Shown here: piece after piece, positions 30,784 to 39,663 of the stretch
Layout: every line of letters starts with the position of its first letter
Numbering within the stretch: position 1 is the first letter of the stretch
From: Rhodospirillaceae bacterium
GTDB lineage: Bacteria > Pseudomonadota > Alphaproteobacteria > Rhodospirillales > UBA2165
Direction: 5' to 3'
NCBI GenBank assembly: GCA_038127535.1
Contig: JAYPHU010000016.1
Coordinates: 8,019 to 72,018, forward strand
DNA length: 64,000 nucleotides
Made by a program: the position numbers and the translations under genes
The notes under the pieces: model-generated
Told to the model about the DNA's origin: nothing
What the model saw: only the letters and a program-made list of their open reading frames with translations
Database searches by the model: none

Positions 30784-31146
30784 TTAGTCGATCCAGCCGA
30801 ACCGGGATTTCACCCCATCGGGAATCGCGGTGCCGGCCCTCGCTTTCTGCTCGTCCGACAAGGCGGAAACCCATTCATCTGTCTGACCGCTGCGGAAATT
30901 CGCCGTCTCCCGCCGCGTAGCTTCGTCCAGATGGGGATGGGAGAGGGCCGCCGGATCAATCCCCCAATGATTCAAGAGCCGCTCAAAGAACGCGCCTTCA
31001 TCCATCTTTATATCGTCAAAGGTGGTGAATAAAAGTCCCGGCAGATGGTCTTCAGCGGCGAGCCAGCCGTCGATCCAGCTCACCAGTTTCGGCAAATGAT
31101 GATTCAGGCACCAATCGGCTCTCTCTTCCGGTTTTGACAAGACCAT
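30784..31146 (-). pseudogene. C-terminal fragment of a sulfotransferase-family gene
   Basis: ..ANFRSGQTDEWVSALSDEQKA.. resembles the C-terminal FRKGxxGxW motif of sulfotransferases. No PAPS-loop N-terminal half is present. Abuts the pcm remnant. Confidence 0.4.
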
Positions 31147-31516
31147 CTCTCAGCCGTTCATCACGGCGCTCATGACCGATGCGCTGGACGTCGGTGAAGA
31201 ACACACGGTGTTGGAAATCGGCACCGGGCTCGGCTACCACACCGCGATTCTTAGCCGGCTCGGCAACGGCTACAACGGCTGGCCGGAACATGCCCCCTAT
31301 GACCGGATTATTGTCGCCGCCGCGTCCGAGCTGGTGCCCCCGGCGCTGATTAAACAGTTGAAGCCCGGCGGCAAAATGGTCATCCCGGCCGGCCTCGATG
31401 ACGCGCAGCAACCTCTCGTGGTCGAAAAAGACGCGGCCGGCAAAACCAAAACCCGTGATATCCTGGCCGTCCGCTTCGCCCTGCTGGAAGGCGTCGAGGA
31501 CCACAAAAGCATCTAG
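31142..31516 (+). pseudogene. pcm: Protein-L-isoaspartate O-methyltransferase remnant (N-terminally truncated, internal in-frame deletion)
   Basis: TISQPFITALMTDAL..VLEIGTGLGYHTAILSRLG joins directly to NGYNGWPEHAPYDRIIVAAA..LKPGGKMVIPAG. About 35 aa normally found between these motifs are missing, as is the N-terminal ~60 aa. A stop in this frame at 31100-31102 precludes an upstream start. Confidence 0.6.
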
Positions 31517-31531
31517 AGAGGATTGCAACCC

Positions 31532-32227
31532 GTGCCCACTTCCTTCCCCGGATTTTCCAAGGACTTCTTCAAGTTTTTCGAAGAGCTCGCCCAAAACAAC
31601 GACCGCACCTGGTTCGAGGCCAACAAGCCCCGCTTCCAGGATGTGGTGCAGGGCGAGATGATCGAATTCATCACCGCCATGGCGCTCCGGCTGGAAAAAA
31701 TCTCCCCCTACTACGTGGTCAATCCGAAACGCAACGGCGGCTCCATGTTCCGGATTTACCGGGACGTGCGGTTTTCCAAGGACAAGCGGCCCTATAAGGA
31801 GCACGCGGCGTGCCAATTCCGCCACAGCGCCGGCCGCGACGCCCATGCGCCGGGGTTCTACGTGCATCTGGAGCCCGGCAAGGTGATCTTCGGCGGCGGC
31901 ATCTGGAAGCCGCCGAGCGACAAGCTGGCGCTGATCCGCCGCAAGATCGCCACGGACCCGGCGGCCTGGAAGAAAGTCATCGGCAACAAACGGCTAAGAG
32001 ATACATTCGGCGGTGTCGCCGGCGATGCGTTGAAACGCCCGCCCAAGGGCTTCGACGCCGAGACGCCAAACATTGATGACATCAAGCGCATCAGCTTCTT
32101 CGCCATGCGCCACGAAAAGGCGTCCCTGGCGCGCTCCAAGGATTTCGTGAACGAGGTGGAAAAAACCTTCAAAGCCGCGGCACCGTTGATGAAGTTCATC
32201 ACCGGCGCCCTGGATGTGGATTTTTAG
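31532..32227 (+). CDS. DUF2461 (TIGR02453) family protein
   Basis: FFKFFEELAQNNDRTWFEANKPRF..RIYRDVRFSKDKRPYK signature. GTG 31532, 9 nt after GAGAGGA, is preferred over TTG 31523. Confidence 0.65.
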   Translation: MPTSFPGFSKDFFKFFEELAQNNDRTWFEANKPRFQDVVQGEMIEFITAMALRLEKISPYYVVNPKRNGGSMFRIYRDVRFSKDKRPYKEHAACQFRHSAGRDAHAPGFYVHLEPGKVIFGGGIWKPPSDKLALIRRKIATDPAAWKKVIGNKRLRDTFGGVAGDALKRPPKGFDAETPNIDDIKRISFFAMRHEKASLARSKDFVNEVEKTFKAAAPLMKFITGALDVDF

Positions 32228-32232
32228 CCCCA

Positions 32233-32658
32233 TTACTTCGGGTTCTTCGAGGCAAAGTGTTCGATAAGCGAGCGCAGTTCTTCATTGGCCACCCGCGAAA
32301 GGGCGTCTTCAAGGGGCATTAATTCCCGCCGGCGTGTGTTTCGCTCGGGGTAGTCGTCAAACATATTGACAATTTTCATCGGGTAGACATGCACCCGGCA
32401 CCAGCGGCCACCTTTCTCCGCACTCTTTTGATACCTGTAGCTGCCAAGGCTGAGAAATTTCATAGTGCCGATGATCCCGGCCTCTTCGAACGCTTCCAGT
32501 TCGGCGGATTCCCGGGCGGAGAATTTCGGCTCCACATAACCTTTGGGGATGATCCAGCTCCGGGTCGTCTGGGACGTGATCAGGAGAATCCAAAGCCGAT
32601 TCTCGATTATCTTGTACGGCAGCACACCGGACTGTTTGTCGAAGGATAAGGGGATCAT
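32233..32658 (-). CDS. NUDIX hydrolase
   Basis: Nudix box GYVEPKFSARESAELEAFEEAGI (Gx5Ex7REuxEExGu). Confidence 0.8.
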   Translation of the reverse strand: MIPLSFDKQSGVLPYKIIENRLWILLITSQTTRSWIIPKGYVEPKFSARESAELEAFEEAGIIGTMKFLSLGSYRYQKSAEKGGRWCRVHVYPMKIVNMFDDYPERNTRRRELMPLEDALSRVANEELRSLIEHFASKNPK

Positions 32659-32888
32659 GGACGTGACGGCAATCTAGGCTATTGAATTCATTATCTTATT
32701 GACGAACTTCTCAGGCAAATCTCTGCGATTACCACAGCCCGCGGACGGCAGTTTTGAAGTCCCCAATATATCTGTAATAAAGGGTCACAGATCAAACGTT
32801 TCTCGGTGGCGTTTCTCATCAGCGGAAAACGATCACACCAGACTTGGTCCGGCACCTGGAGCACCGGCAACCGGCAGAGGGGAAAACC

Positions 32889-34382
32889 GTGGTAGCGGGA
32901 AAATCCAAGACAACAGTCGACAAAGACCTCAAACGCATCGTCCAGCTTGAAAAGGCAACCAACCGGATCGGCCAGCGAAATCTCAATTTGGGTTTCGGGC
33001 TTTTGTTCCTGGTCGGCGTCTGGATATTCACCTTCTTCCAGGCGGAGACCCAGGACAATTATGTGATCCTGTCGATCGCGGCGATTGTCGGTGGCTACAT
33101 GGCCATGAATATCGGGGCTAACGACGTCGCCAATAATGTCGGGCCCGCCGTCGGCTCCAAGGCGCTGACCATTGTCGGTGCGCTGATTATTGCCGCCATC
33201 TTCGAGGCCCTGGGGGCCTTGATCGCCGGCGGCGACGTGGTCACGACCATCTCCAAAAGCATTATCTCACCGGAATCGTTCAATGATCCGGCGCTATTCG
33301 TCTGGGCGATGTTGTCGGCCCTGCTTGCCGCCGCGCTCTGGGTCAACCTGGCCACCTATTTAGGCGCGCCGGTTTCCACCACCCACTCCATCGTCGGCGG
33401 GGTGATGGGGGCCGGCATCGCTGCGGCCGGATTCGCCACGGTGAATTGGCCGGTGATGGCGGCGATTGCCGCCAGTTGGGTGATCTCGCCGGTGTTGGGC
33501 GGGCTGATCGCGGCAGGCTTCCTAGCGTTCGTGAAATTTTTCGTCCTATACCAAGACGACAAGATTGCGGCAGCCCGGCGCTGGGTGCCGATCCTGGTCG
33601 CCATCATGGCCTGCGCCTTCTCGGTCTATCTGGTGATGAAGGGCTTCAAGCGCATCTGGAAGCCGGATACCACGATGATCGTCATCATCGGGGTCGCGGC
33701 ATTCGTGATAACTTACGGCCTGGTCTTTACCCGCGTGGCCAAAGCCGCCGTGGGCATGGAAAATCGCCGCAAGTCCGTCGGTCAGCTGTTCACCATTCCT
33801 CTCATTTGCGCGGCGGCCCTGTTGTCCTTTGCCCATGGCTCCAATGATGTCGCCAATGCAGTCGGGCCGCTGGCCGCCATCGTGAGTGTGCTCTCCGGCG
33901 GGGCGGTGTCGGCCAAGGTCGCGCTACCGCTCTGGGTGCTGGCCATCGGCGCCATCGGCATCTCCATCGGACTCCTGCTGTTCGGGCCGAAGATTATCGA
34001 GATCGTCGGCGAGAAGATCACCAAGCTCGACCGGGTGCGCGCCTTCTGCGTCGCCCTGTCCGCCTCCATCACCGTTATTATCGCGTCCACACTGGGCCTG
34101 CCGGTCAGCTCCACGCACATCGCCGTCGGCGCGGTGTTCGGCGTCGGCTTCCTGCGGGAGTTCGTCTCCAACCGTTTGGCCCATATCCCGGCGACCACCG
34201 CTGCCGGCCTTGAGACACCGCCGAGCGAAGGGGACATTCAAAAGCGGCTGGTAAAGGCGCGGCACCGCAAACTGGTCCGCCGGCGGCACTTGATGAACAT
34301 TGCCGCCGCCTGGATTATCACCGTGCCGGCCTCGGCGATCATCGCCGCCGTGCTGCTGATGATCATTGTCAACGTGCAGTAG
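32889..34382 (+). CDS. Inorganic phosphate transporter, PiT family
   Basis: Duplicated GANDVANNVGPAVGS / GSNDVANAVGPLAA motifs and many TM helices. Start uncertain (GTG 32889 after GAGGGGA, or TTG 32844). Confidence 0.85.
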   Translation: MVAGKSKTTVDKDLKRIVQLEKATNRIGQRNLNLGFGLLFLVGVWIFTFFQAETQDNYVILSIAAIVGGYMAMNIGANDVANNVGPAVGSKALTIVGALIIAAIFEALGALIAGGDVVTTISKSIISPESFNDPALFVWAMLSALLAAALWVNLATYLGAPVSTTHSIVGGVMGAGIAAAGFATVNWPVMAAIAASWVISPVLGGLIAAGFLAFVKFFVLYQDDKIAAARRWVPILVAIMACAFSVYLVMKGFKRIWKPDTTMIVIIGVAAFVITYGLVFTRVAKAAVGMENRRKSVGQLFTIPLICAAALLSFAHGSNDVANAVGPLAAIVSVLSGGAVSAKVALPLWVLAIGAIGISIGLLLFGPKIIEIVGEKITKLDRVRAFCVALSASITVIIASTLGLPVSSTHIAVGAVFGVGFLREFVSNRLAHIPATTAAGLETPPSEGDIQKRLVKARHRKLVRRRHLMNIAAAWIITVPASAIIAAVLLMIIVNVQ

Positions 34383-34388
34383 CGAGTT

Positions 34389-35423
34389 TTACGGACAATG
34401 CCGGGCGGCATTGAGCGCCGCTTCCAGCGCGTCCCAATCAGTGTCCACCGTATCAGCGACAATCACCTCAAGACGGTTGTCACGGCGGTAGGCGATTTCC
34501 TTCACGGTGATCTCGTTACCCACCCGGTCGGCCAGCAGCCACCCATCGGTCGTATGAAACACGCCCTTGAGGCGCTCCACCGCCGCCCCCTTGGGAAAGC
34601 CGATTAAGCCCGGCGGGCCCAAGAGGTCCAAAAGCGCGTCCCGGTCGAAAACTTCGGCGCCGGAGAAAATCCAGCCGCTGCCCTGATAGCCCGCGCCGGA
34701 GTTCTCCAGCCGCACAGGCTTACCCTGTTGAGGCATTGGGACGGTCTGCGGCGCGGAACTCGAATGATCATGATGATGAGCATCGGGGAACAAGGGAGCG
34801 CGGGATTCGGCAGGGTTTAGATCCAGCAGCGCCAAATCCAAATCCCCGTGCCGGGATTCAGTGATCCGTAGCTTCGGCGGGAACAAAAACCCGGCCCACT
34901 CGTGAAACCGGGCTAATTCCTCTTCGCTGGCCAGATCGGCCTTCGCGGCCACCAGCACATCGGCCAGATGAATTTGGTCTTGGTACACCTGAGCGGCCTC
35001 CAAACGCAGATCGCCCACGTGGCGCGGGTCCACCAGACAAATGACAGAGCGCAGGGACACCGCCCCGGACAATTCCTCGTTGCGCAACTGATCCAGGATA
35101 CCCGCCGGATGGCCGATGCCCGTGGGCTCGATGATCAGCCGGTCCGGCCGGGCCCGGCGCAGGATATCCACTACGGCGACCTTCAGCGGCACGTTCATCA
35201 TGCAACACAGACACCCGCCAGGGATTTCCTTGATAGCAACGGTCTCGTCCTCTGCAGGGAGGGCGGTCTGATCCAACGCCACTTCGCCGAACTCGTTGAT
35301 CAGGATTGCCCATTTTTCGCCGGCCGGCTTGCGCGCTAGCATGGAGGTGATCGCCGTGGTTTTGCCGGTGCCGAAGAACCCGGTGAACAGCGTCGTTGGC
35401 ACATGTTCGATCCGATCAGCCAC
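34389..35423 (-). CDS. COG0523/CobW-family G3E GTPase (metallochaperone-like)
   Basis: Walker A GFFGTGKTT, metal motif GGCLCCMM (CxCC), His-rich linker DAHHHDHSSS. Confidence 0.85.
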   Translation of the reverse strand: MADRIEHVPTTLFTGFFGTGKTTAITSMLARKPAGEKWAILINEFGEVALDQTALPAEDETVAIKEIPGGCLCCMMNVPLKVAVVDILRRARPDRLIIEPTGIGHPAGILDQLRNEELSGAVSLRSVICLVDPRHVGDLRLEAAQVYQDQIHLADVLVAAKADLASEEELARFHEWAGFLFPPKLRITESRHGDLDLALLDLNPAESRAPLFPDAHHHDHSSSAPQTVPMPQQGKPVRLENSGAGYQGSGWIFSGAEVFDRDALLDLLGPPGLIGFPKGAAVERLKGVFHTTDGWLLADRVGNEITVKEIAYRRDNRLEVIVADTVDTDWDALEAALNAARHCP

Positions 35424-35426
35424 CGC

Positions 35427-36266
35427 TCAGCCCTTGCCCATCAGCCGCAGCGACAATTCCCGCACGATATAGTGGGCGACGGCCTCCTCACTGCATCTCT
35501 CCAGCCACCAGGCTTGGCACACCTGGCCCAATTCTTCCAATCGCGCCGGATCGGCCAGAAAACCCTCAACGATGGGGCCGGCCTCATTCCAGTCATCCAC
35601 TTCAATCACCGGCCAGCCCTCGGTGAACCAAGCCAGCAACTGCCGTTCCGCAATCACCGCGCAACCCGCCCGCATGGCCTCATAAGTGCGGAAAGTCTCA
35701 TGGCTGACGCCCCTGGGCGACAGCGCAATCTTGGTGTCCGCCAGCCGCACCGCATAGACTTCGGGGGCTAAGCCTTCGCGAAACGCCGGAGCCTGCTCGA
35801 TCTCGGCATTCAGATTATTTCGGTCCTCAAGCCAGGCGTTCATGGCGGTGAAGAAAGGCTCCCGGAATTCCGGCCGGCCGATGAAAAACACATCCAGCGA
35901 ACGGTCATTCATCGGTTTGGCGGCGACCACCGGCACATCCTTGTTGCACCCCAGCGGAATGACCCGAAGGTTATCCGGCATGGGATCAAACGGCCGGTAG
36001 TTCTTGAACACCATGAACGCATCGCCCGTATAGGCAGGAATTTCATGGCCTTCGTCGCTGGTCTGCAGCACCACAACCCGCTCCGCATGGCTGATCGGCA
36101 GCGTGTCGCCGACGGACGTCACCACGAAGATAAACCGGTCGGCCAGGCCGAGCCCGGTCAGGAAGCGATCGGTGTGCAGCAGTACTTGCTCCAGATGGTC
36201 CCACTCACACCAATTGTCGGGAAGCTCCCAGACGACGTTCAGGTTGGGAAAACGTACCGGAGACAC
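35427..36266 (-). CDS. Hypothetical protein with an exostosin/GT-B-like C-terminal motif
   Basis: KIALSPRGVSHETFRTYEAMRAGCAVIAE resembles the exostosin-family CLxPxGxxxxSxRxxEAxxxGCIPV motif. 3-nt gap to the COG0523 gene. Confidence 0.35.
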   Translation of the reverse strand: MSPVRFPNLNVVWELPDNWCEWDHLEQVLLHTDRFLTGLGLADRFIFVVTSVGDTLPISHAERVVVLQTSDEGHEIPAYTGDAFMVFKNYRPFDPMPDNLRVIPLGCNKDVPVVAAKPMNDRSLDVFFIGRPEFREPFFTAMNAWLEDRNNLNAEIEQAPAFREGLAPEVYAVRLADTKIALSPRGVSHETFRTYEAMRAGCAVIAERQLLAWFTEGWPVIEVDDWNEAGPIVEGFLADPARLEELGQVCQAWWLERCSEEAVAHYIVRELSLRLMGKG

Positions 36267-36273
36267 ACAGTCC

Positions 36274-37458
36274 TCAAATCACACCGCGTGTCCGCAGATC
36301 ATCAATGGCCGCGTGGTCGTAGCCGAGATCGGTCAGGATTTCATCCGCGTGTTGGCCCAATTCGGGGCTCGGCGCCGCCAATTTGGACGGCGTCCGGCTG
36401 AAATGCACCGGCTGGCCGATGATCTCGATCTCACCCCGGGCCGGGGTGGTGACCTTCTGAGCGACACCCAAATGTTTGACCTGCGGGTCCGCGAACACCT
36501 GATCCATTTTGTTGATCGGGCCGCACGGTACGCCCATATCGTTGAACTCGTCCACCCAATGGGACGTTGTTTCATTTGCCAAAACTCCGGCAATGATCTC
36601 GTTCAGCTCGTCCCGGTTTTTGAAGCGGGCGGCGTTGTCGACGAACCTGTCATCTTTTTCCAGCTCTTCCTTGCCGAGGACTTTGCAGACCCGCGGCCAG
36701 TGGGTCGCCATGGGCGCGATGTTCACGTAGCCGTCCGCCGACTTGAAGGTGCCCATGGGCACATTGGTCGGGTGATTGTTGCCCACCTGAGGCGGCACAT
36801 CCTGGTCCACCAGCCAACGGGCCGCCTGAAAATCGAGCATGTAGATTTGCGCTTCGAGGAGCGAAGTGTTGAGCCATTGACCTTCGCCGGATTTCTCCCG
36901 CTCCAACAGGGCGCCCAGGATACCGGTCGCGGTCAGCACTCCAGCCATCATATCGGAGATCGCCGCGCCGGACCTCCATGGCCCGGTGCCCGGCTGACCG
37001 GTCACCGACATATGCCCGCCCATGCCCTGCGCAATCTGATCCAGGCCCGCCCGATAGGCATAAGGCCCGTCCTGGCCGAAGCCGGAGATGCTGGCATAGA
37101 CGATGCGCTTGTTGATCTTTTTGACCTCTTCATAATCTACGCCGAGCCGGAACTTCACTTCCGGGCGGTAGTTCTCGACAATCACGTCGGCCTTTTCCGC
37201 CAGCTTGAAGAAGATCGCTTTGCCGTCGTCTTCTTTCAGATTGAGCGTCAGGCTGCGCTTGTTGCGATGCAAGTTTTGGAAGTCAGGGCCATGCCGGGTG
37301 CCCAGATCGCCGTACATGGGATCGCCCGGCGTTTCGATCTTGATCACGTCGGCACCGAAGTCGGCAAGCTGCCGCGCCGCCGTGGGTCCGGCCCTGGCCC
37401 GGGTCAGATCCAAAACAAGATAGTCGTTGAGCGCCACCGAGGCGCGGTCGATAGGCAT
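36274..37458 (-). CDS. Family III (CaiB/BaiF) CoA-transferase
   Basis: LNDYLVLDLTRARAGPTAARQLADFGADVIKIE N-terminal signature. Start at ATG 37458 (the ORF-track extension is discarded). Confidence 0.85.
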   Translation of the reverse strand: MPIDRASVALNDYLVLDLTRARAGPTAARQLADFGADVIKIETPGDPMYGDLGTRHGPDFQNLHRNKRSLTLNLKEDDGKAIFFKLAEKADVIVENYRPEVKFRLGVDYEEVKKINKRIVYASISGFGQDGPYAYRAGLDQIAQGMGGHMSVTGQPGTGPWRSGAAISDMMAGVLTATGILGALLEREKSGEGQWLNTSLLEAQIYMLDFQAARWLVDQDVPPQVGNNHPTNVPMGTFKSADGYVNIAPMATHWPRVCKVLGKEELEKDDRFVDNAARFKNRDELNEIIAGVLANETTSHWVDEFNDMGVPCGPINKMDQVFADPQVKHLGVAQKVTTPARGEIEIIGQPVHFSRTPSKLAAPSPELGQHADEILTDLGYDHAAIDDLRTRGVI

Positions 37459-37462
37459 ATGC

Positions 37463-38413
37463 TTAGGCTCCTTGTTTCTTACGCTTGGCCGCCGAGACCA
37501 AGTACACCCCGCCAATGATAAGCACGAAGGCGGGAAAATGATAGAGTTCCAAAGTCTCATCCAAAAACAGCATGGCGAGCCCGGTGATCATCAGCACCCG
37601 TACATAGATAAAGGCGCTGGCCTTGCTGGCCCCGATCAGACGGTTGCCGATGTTCCACAGGCCCAACGCGCCGACGGCGACAATGATCCCCGCCCAAAGA
37701 ACGGAGATGACGGTCGTCGTGTTCAGCGACATGGGCAGGATGTTCACCGTTTCCCACCAATAGAACGGGATCAGGATAACAATCCCCAGAAACTGGGTGA
37801 CGTTGAGAAAGGCCAGCGGCGAAATATCCGTCGGCGCTTTGCGCAATAGCACCGCGTAAAAGGAAAATCCGAAGACCGACGACATCATCCAGAGATCGCC
37901 GATGTTGAACCGAACGCCCGCCAGAACCGCCAAGTCACCGCGGGTCAGGATCGTCATGACGCCGGCGGCGGCGATGATCGCGCCCACGACCTGCCAACGG
38001 GTGACCAATTCCCGGAACAATATCCAGGCGATGCACATGGTCACCACCGGCTGCACCATAGCCACCATGCCGCCGTTGATTGCCGTCGTGTAATGGAGCG
38101 CGATGTAAATGGTCGTATTGCCGAGAACCACCAGGAAGAATGTCATCACGACGAAATACTTCCAGTGGCTGAGGATCACCTTGTAGGAGCGGGCAATCTC
38201 CCGCCAGGTCAGCGGCAGAATCACGAGGGTCGCTACCACCCAGCGCCAGAGGGACAGGCCGATGGGCGGCACTTCGCCCGGCACCAGCCGGCCCAAAACG
38301 TGATTACTGGCGAAAAACAGCATAGACAGGGTCAGCGCCAGATAGGGCCAGGGGCCCCAAGACTCGAGGACGGCGTTGGCGCGGCTGAGGCGCGAGGGAG
38401 AAGTTTCTGACAT
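37463..38413 (-). CDS. DMT-superfamily (EamA-type) transporter
   Basis: Ten hydrophobic segments in two EamA-like halves. Start at ATG 38413 (MSETSPSRL..); ORF 37463..38809 over-extends. Confidence 0.8.
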   Translation of the reverse strand: MSETSPSRLSRANAVLESWGPWPYLALTLSMLFFASNHVLGRLVPGEVPPIGLSLWRWVVATLVILPLTWREIARSYKVILSHWKYFVVMTFFLVVLGNTTIYIALHYTTAINGGMVAMVQPVVTMCIAWILFRELVTRWQVVGAIIAAAGVMTILTRGDLAVLAGVRFNIGDLWMMSSVFGFSFYAVLLRKAPTDISPLAFLNVTQFLGIVILIPFYWWETVNILPMSLNTTTVISVLWAGIIVAVGALGLWNIGNRLIGASKASAFIYVRVLMITGLAMLFLDETLELYHFPAFVLIIGGVYLVSAAKRKKQGA

Positions 38414-38509
38414 GAGGCTGGATTGAGGCTGTTTGCTGGGATGAGCCGAAGTATTGTATATCCGGTTAGCGAAAGAACAATACGAAGGCTGCACGGAGGC
38501 CGGGCGTTG

Positions 38510-39661
38510 ATGAGCGACGATTTTCAGGACATTCGGGACTCGGTGCGCGCTTTGTGCGCGGCATTTCCGGGCGAGTATTGGCGCAAGCTGGATACCGAGC
38601 GCGCCTACCCTGCCGAGTTCGTCCAAAAAATGACCGAGACGGGATTCTTGGGCGTTCTCATCCCGGAAGAGTTTGGCGGCAGCGGGCTCGGCATCTCTGC
38701 CGCCTGCGCCATTCTCGAAGAAATTCACAAGAGCGGCGGCAACGCGGCCGCGTGTCATGCCCAGATGTACACTATGGGCACCGTGCTGCGGCACGGCAGC
38801 GACGCACAAAAAGCCGAATACCTGCCGAAGATCGCTAGCGGCGAGCTACGCCTTCAGGCATTCGGCGTGACAGAGCCCACCAGCGGCACCGATGCGACCC
38901 GCATCCGCACCATGGCGGTCAAGGACGGCGACAGCTATGTGGTCAACGGCCAAAAGGTCTGGACGTCACGTGCCGAGCACTCGGACTTAATGCTTCTCCT
39001 CGCCCGCACCTCACCCCGCGAAGATCAGCAAAAGCGCCATGAAGGTATGTCTGTCTTTCTGGTGGACATGCGCGCGGCGAAAGAGAGTGGCCTGACCATC
39101 CGGCCGATCCCGACCATGATCAACCACGCGACGACGGAAGTGTTCTTCGACGACCTCCGCATCCCGGCAGACAGTTTGATCGGCGAGGAGGGCAAGGGCT
39201 TTCGCTATATATTGGACGGGATGAACGCGGAACGGATTTTGATCTCCGCCGAATGCGTGGGCGACGCCCGCTGGTTCATCGACAAGGCGTCGTCTTACGC
39301 CAAGGACAGGAACGTGTTCGGCCGCAGCATCGGTGAAAACCAGGGTATCCAATTTCCCATCGCCCGCGCGTATGCGGCCAGCGAGGCGGCAGACCTCATG
39401 TCCCAGAAAGCCGCCGCGCTGTTTGATGCCGGGGAGCCGTGCGGCGCGGAAGCCAATATCGCCAAGATGCTCGCCTCCGAAGCGTCCTGGCAGGCCGCCG
39501 AAATGTGTCTGCAGACCCATGGCGGCTATGGCTTCGCCGAGGAATACGATGTGGAACGAAAATTCCGCGAGACCCGGCTCTATCAGGTGGCCCCCATCCC
39601 CACCAACCTGATCCTGTCCTACATTGCCGAGCATGTCCTCGGCCTGCCCCGGTCGTATTAG
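38510..39661 (+). CDS. Acyl-CoA dehydrogenase
   Basis: FGVTEPTSGTDA, GQKVWTSRA, and the C-terminal QTHGGYGFAEEYDVERKFRE catalytic-Glu region. Start at ATG 38510. Confidence 0.85.
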   Translation: MSDDFQDIRDSVRALCAAFPGEYWRKLDTERAYPAEFVQKMTETGFLGVLIPEEFGGSGLGISAACAILEEIHKSGGNAAACHAQMYTMGTVLRHGSDAQKAEYLPKIASGELRLQAFGVTEPTSGTDATRIRTMAVKDGDSYVVNGQKVWTSRAEHSDLMLLLARTSPREDQQKRHEGMSVFLVDMRAAKESGLTIRPIPTMINHATTEVFFDDLRIPADSLIGEEGKGFRYILDGMNAERILISAECVGDARWFIDKASSYAKDRNVFGRSIGENQGIQFPIARAYAASEAADLMSQKAAALFDAGEPCGAEANIAKMLASEASWQAAEMCLQTHGGYGFAEEYDVERKFRETRLYQVAPIPTNLILSYIAEHVLGLPRSY

Positions 39662-39663
39662 TC

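Noticed and set aside
31052-31867. 271-aa minus-strand ORF spanning the pcm remnant and the DUF2461 gene
   Set aside because: It crosses two independently recognisable plus-strand features, and its sequence is low in complexity and Gly/Arg/Val-rich. It is an artefact.
21458-33000. Searched by eye for an integrase gene or a direct repeat of the tRNA-Pro 3-prime end that would delimit a genomic island
   Set aside because: I recognised no integrase, recombinase or transposase-like ORF and spotted no repeat. The island idea is therefore kept only as a hypothesis in the findings, not annotated as a mobile element.
36103-37518. 471-aa plus-strand ORF overlapping the CoA-transferase and exostosin-like genes
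   Set aside because: It is antisense to a well-supported CaiB-family gene. The composition (R, G, H, P, A rich) is typical of a GC-driven open frame.
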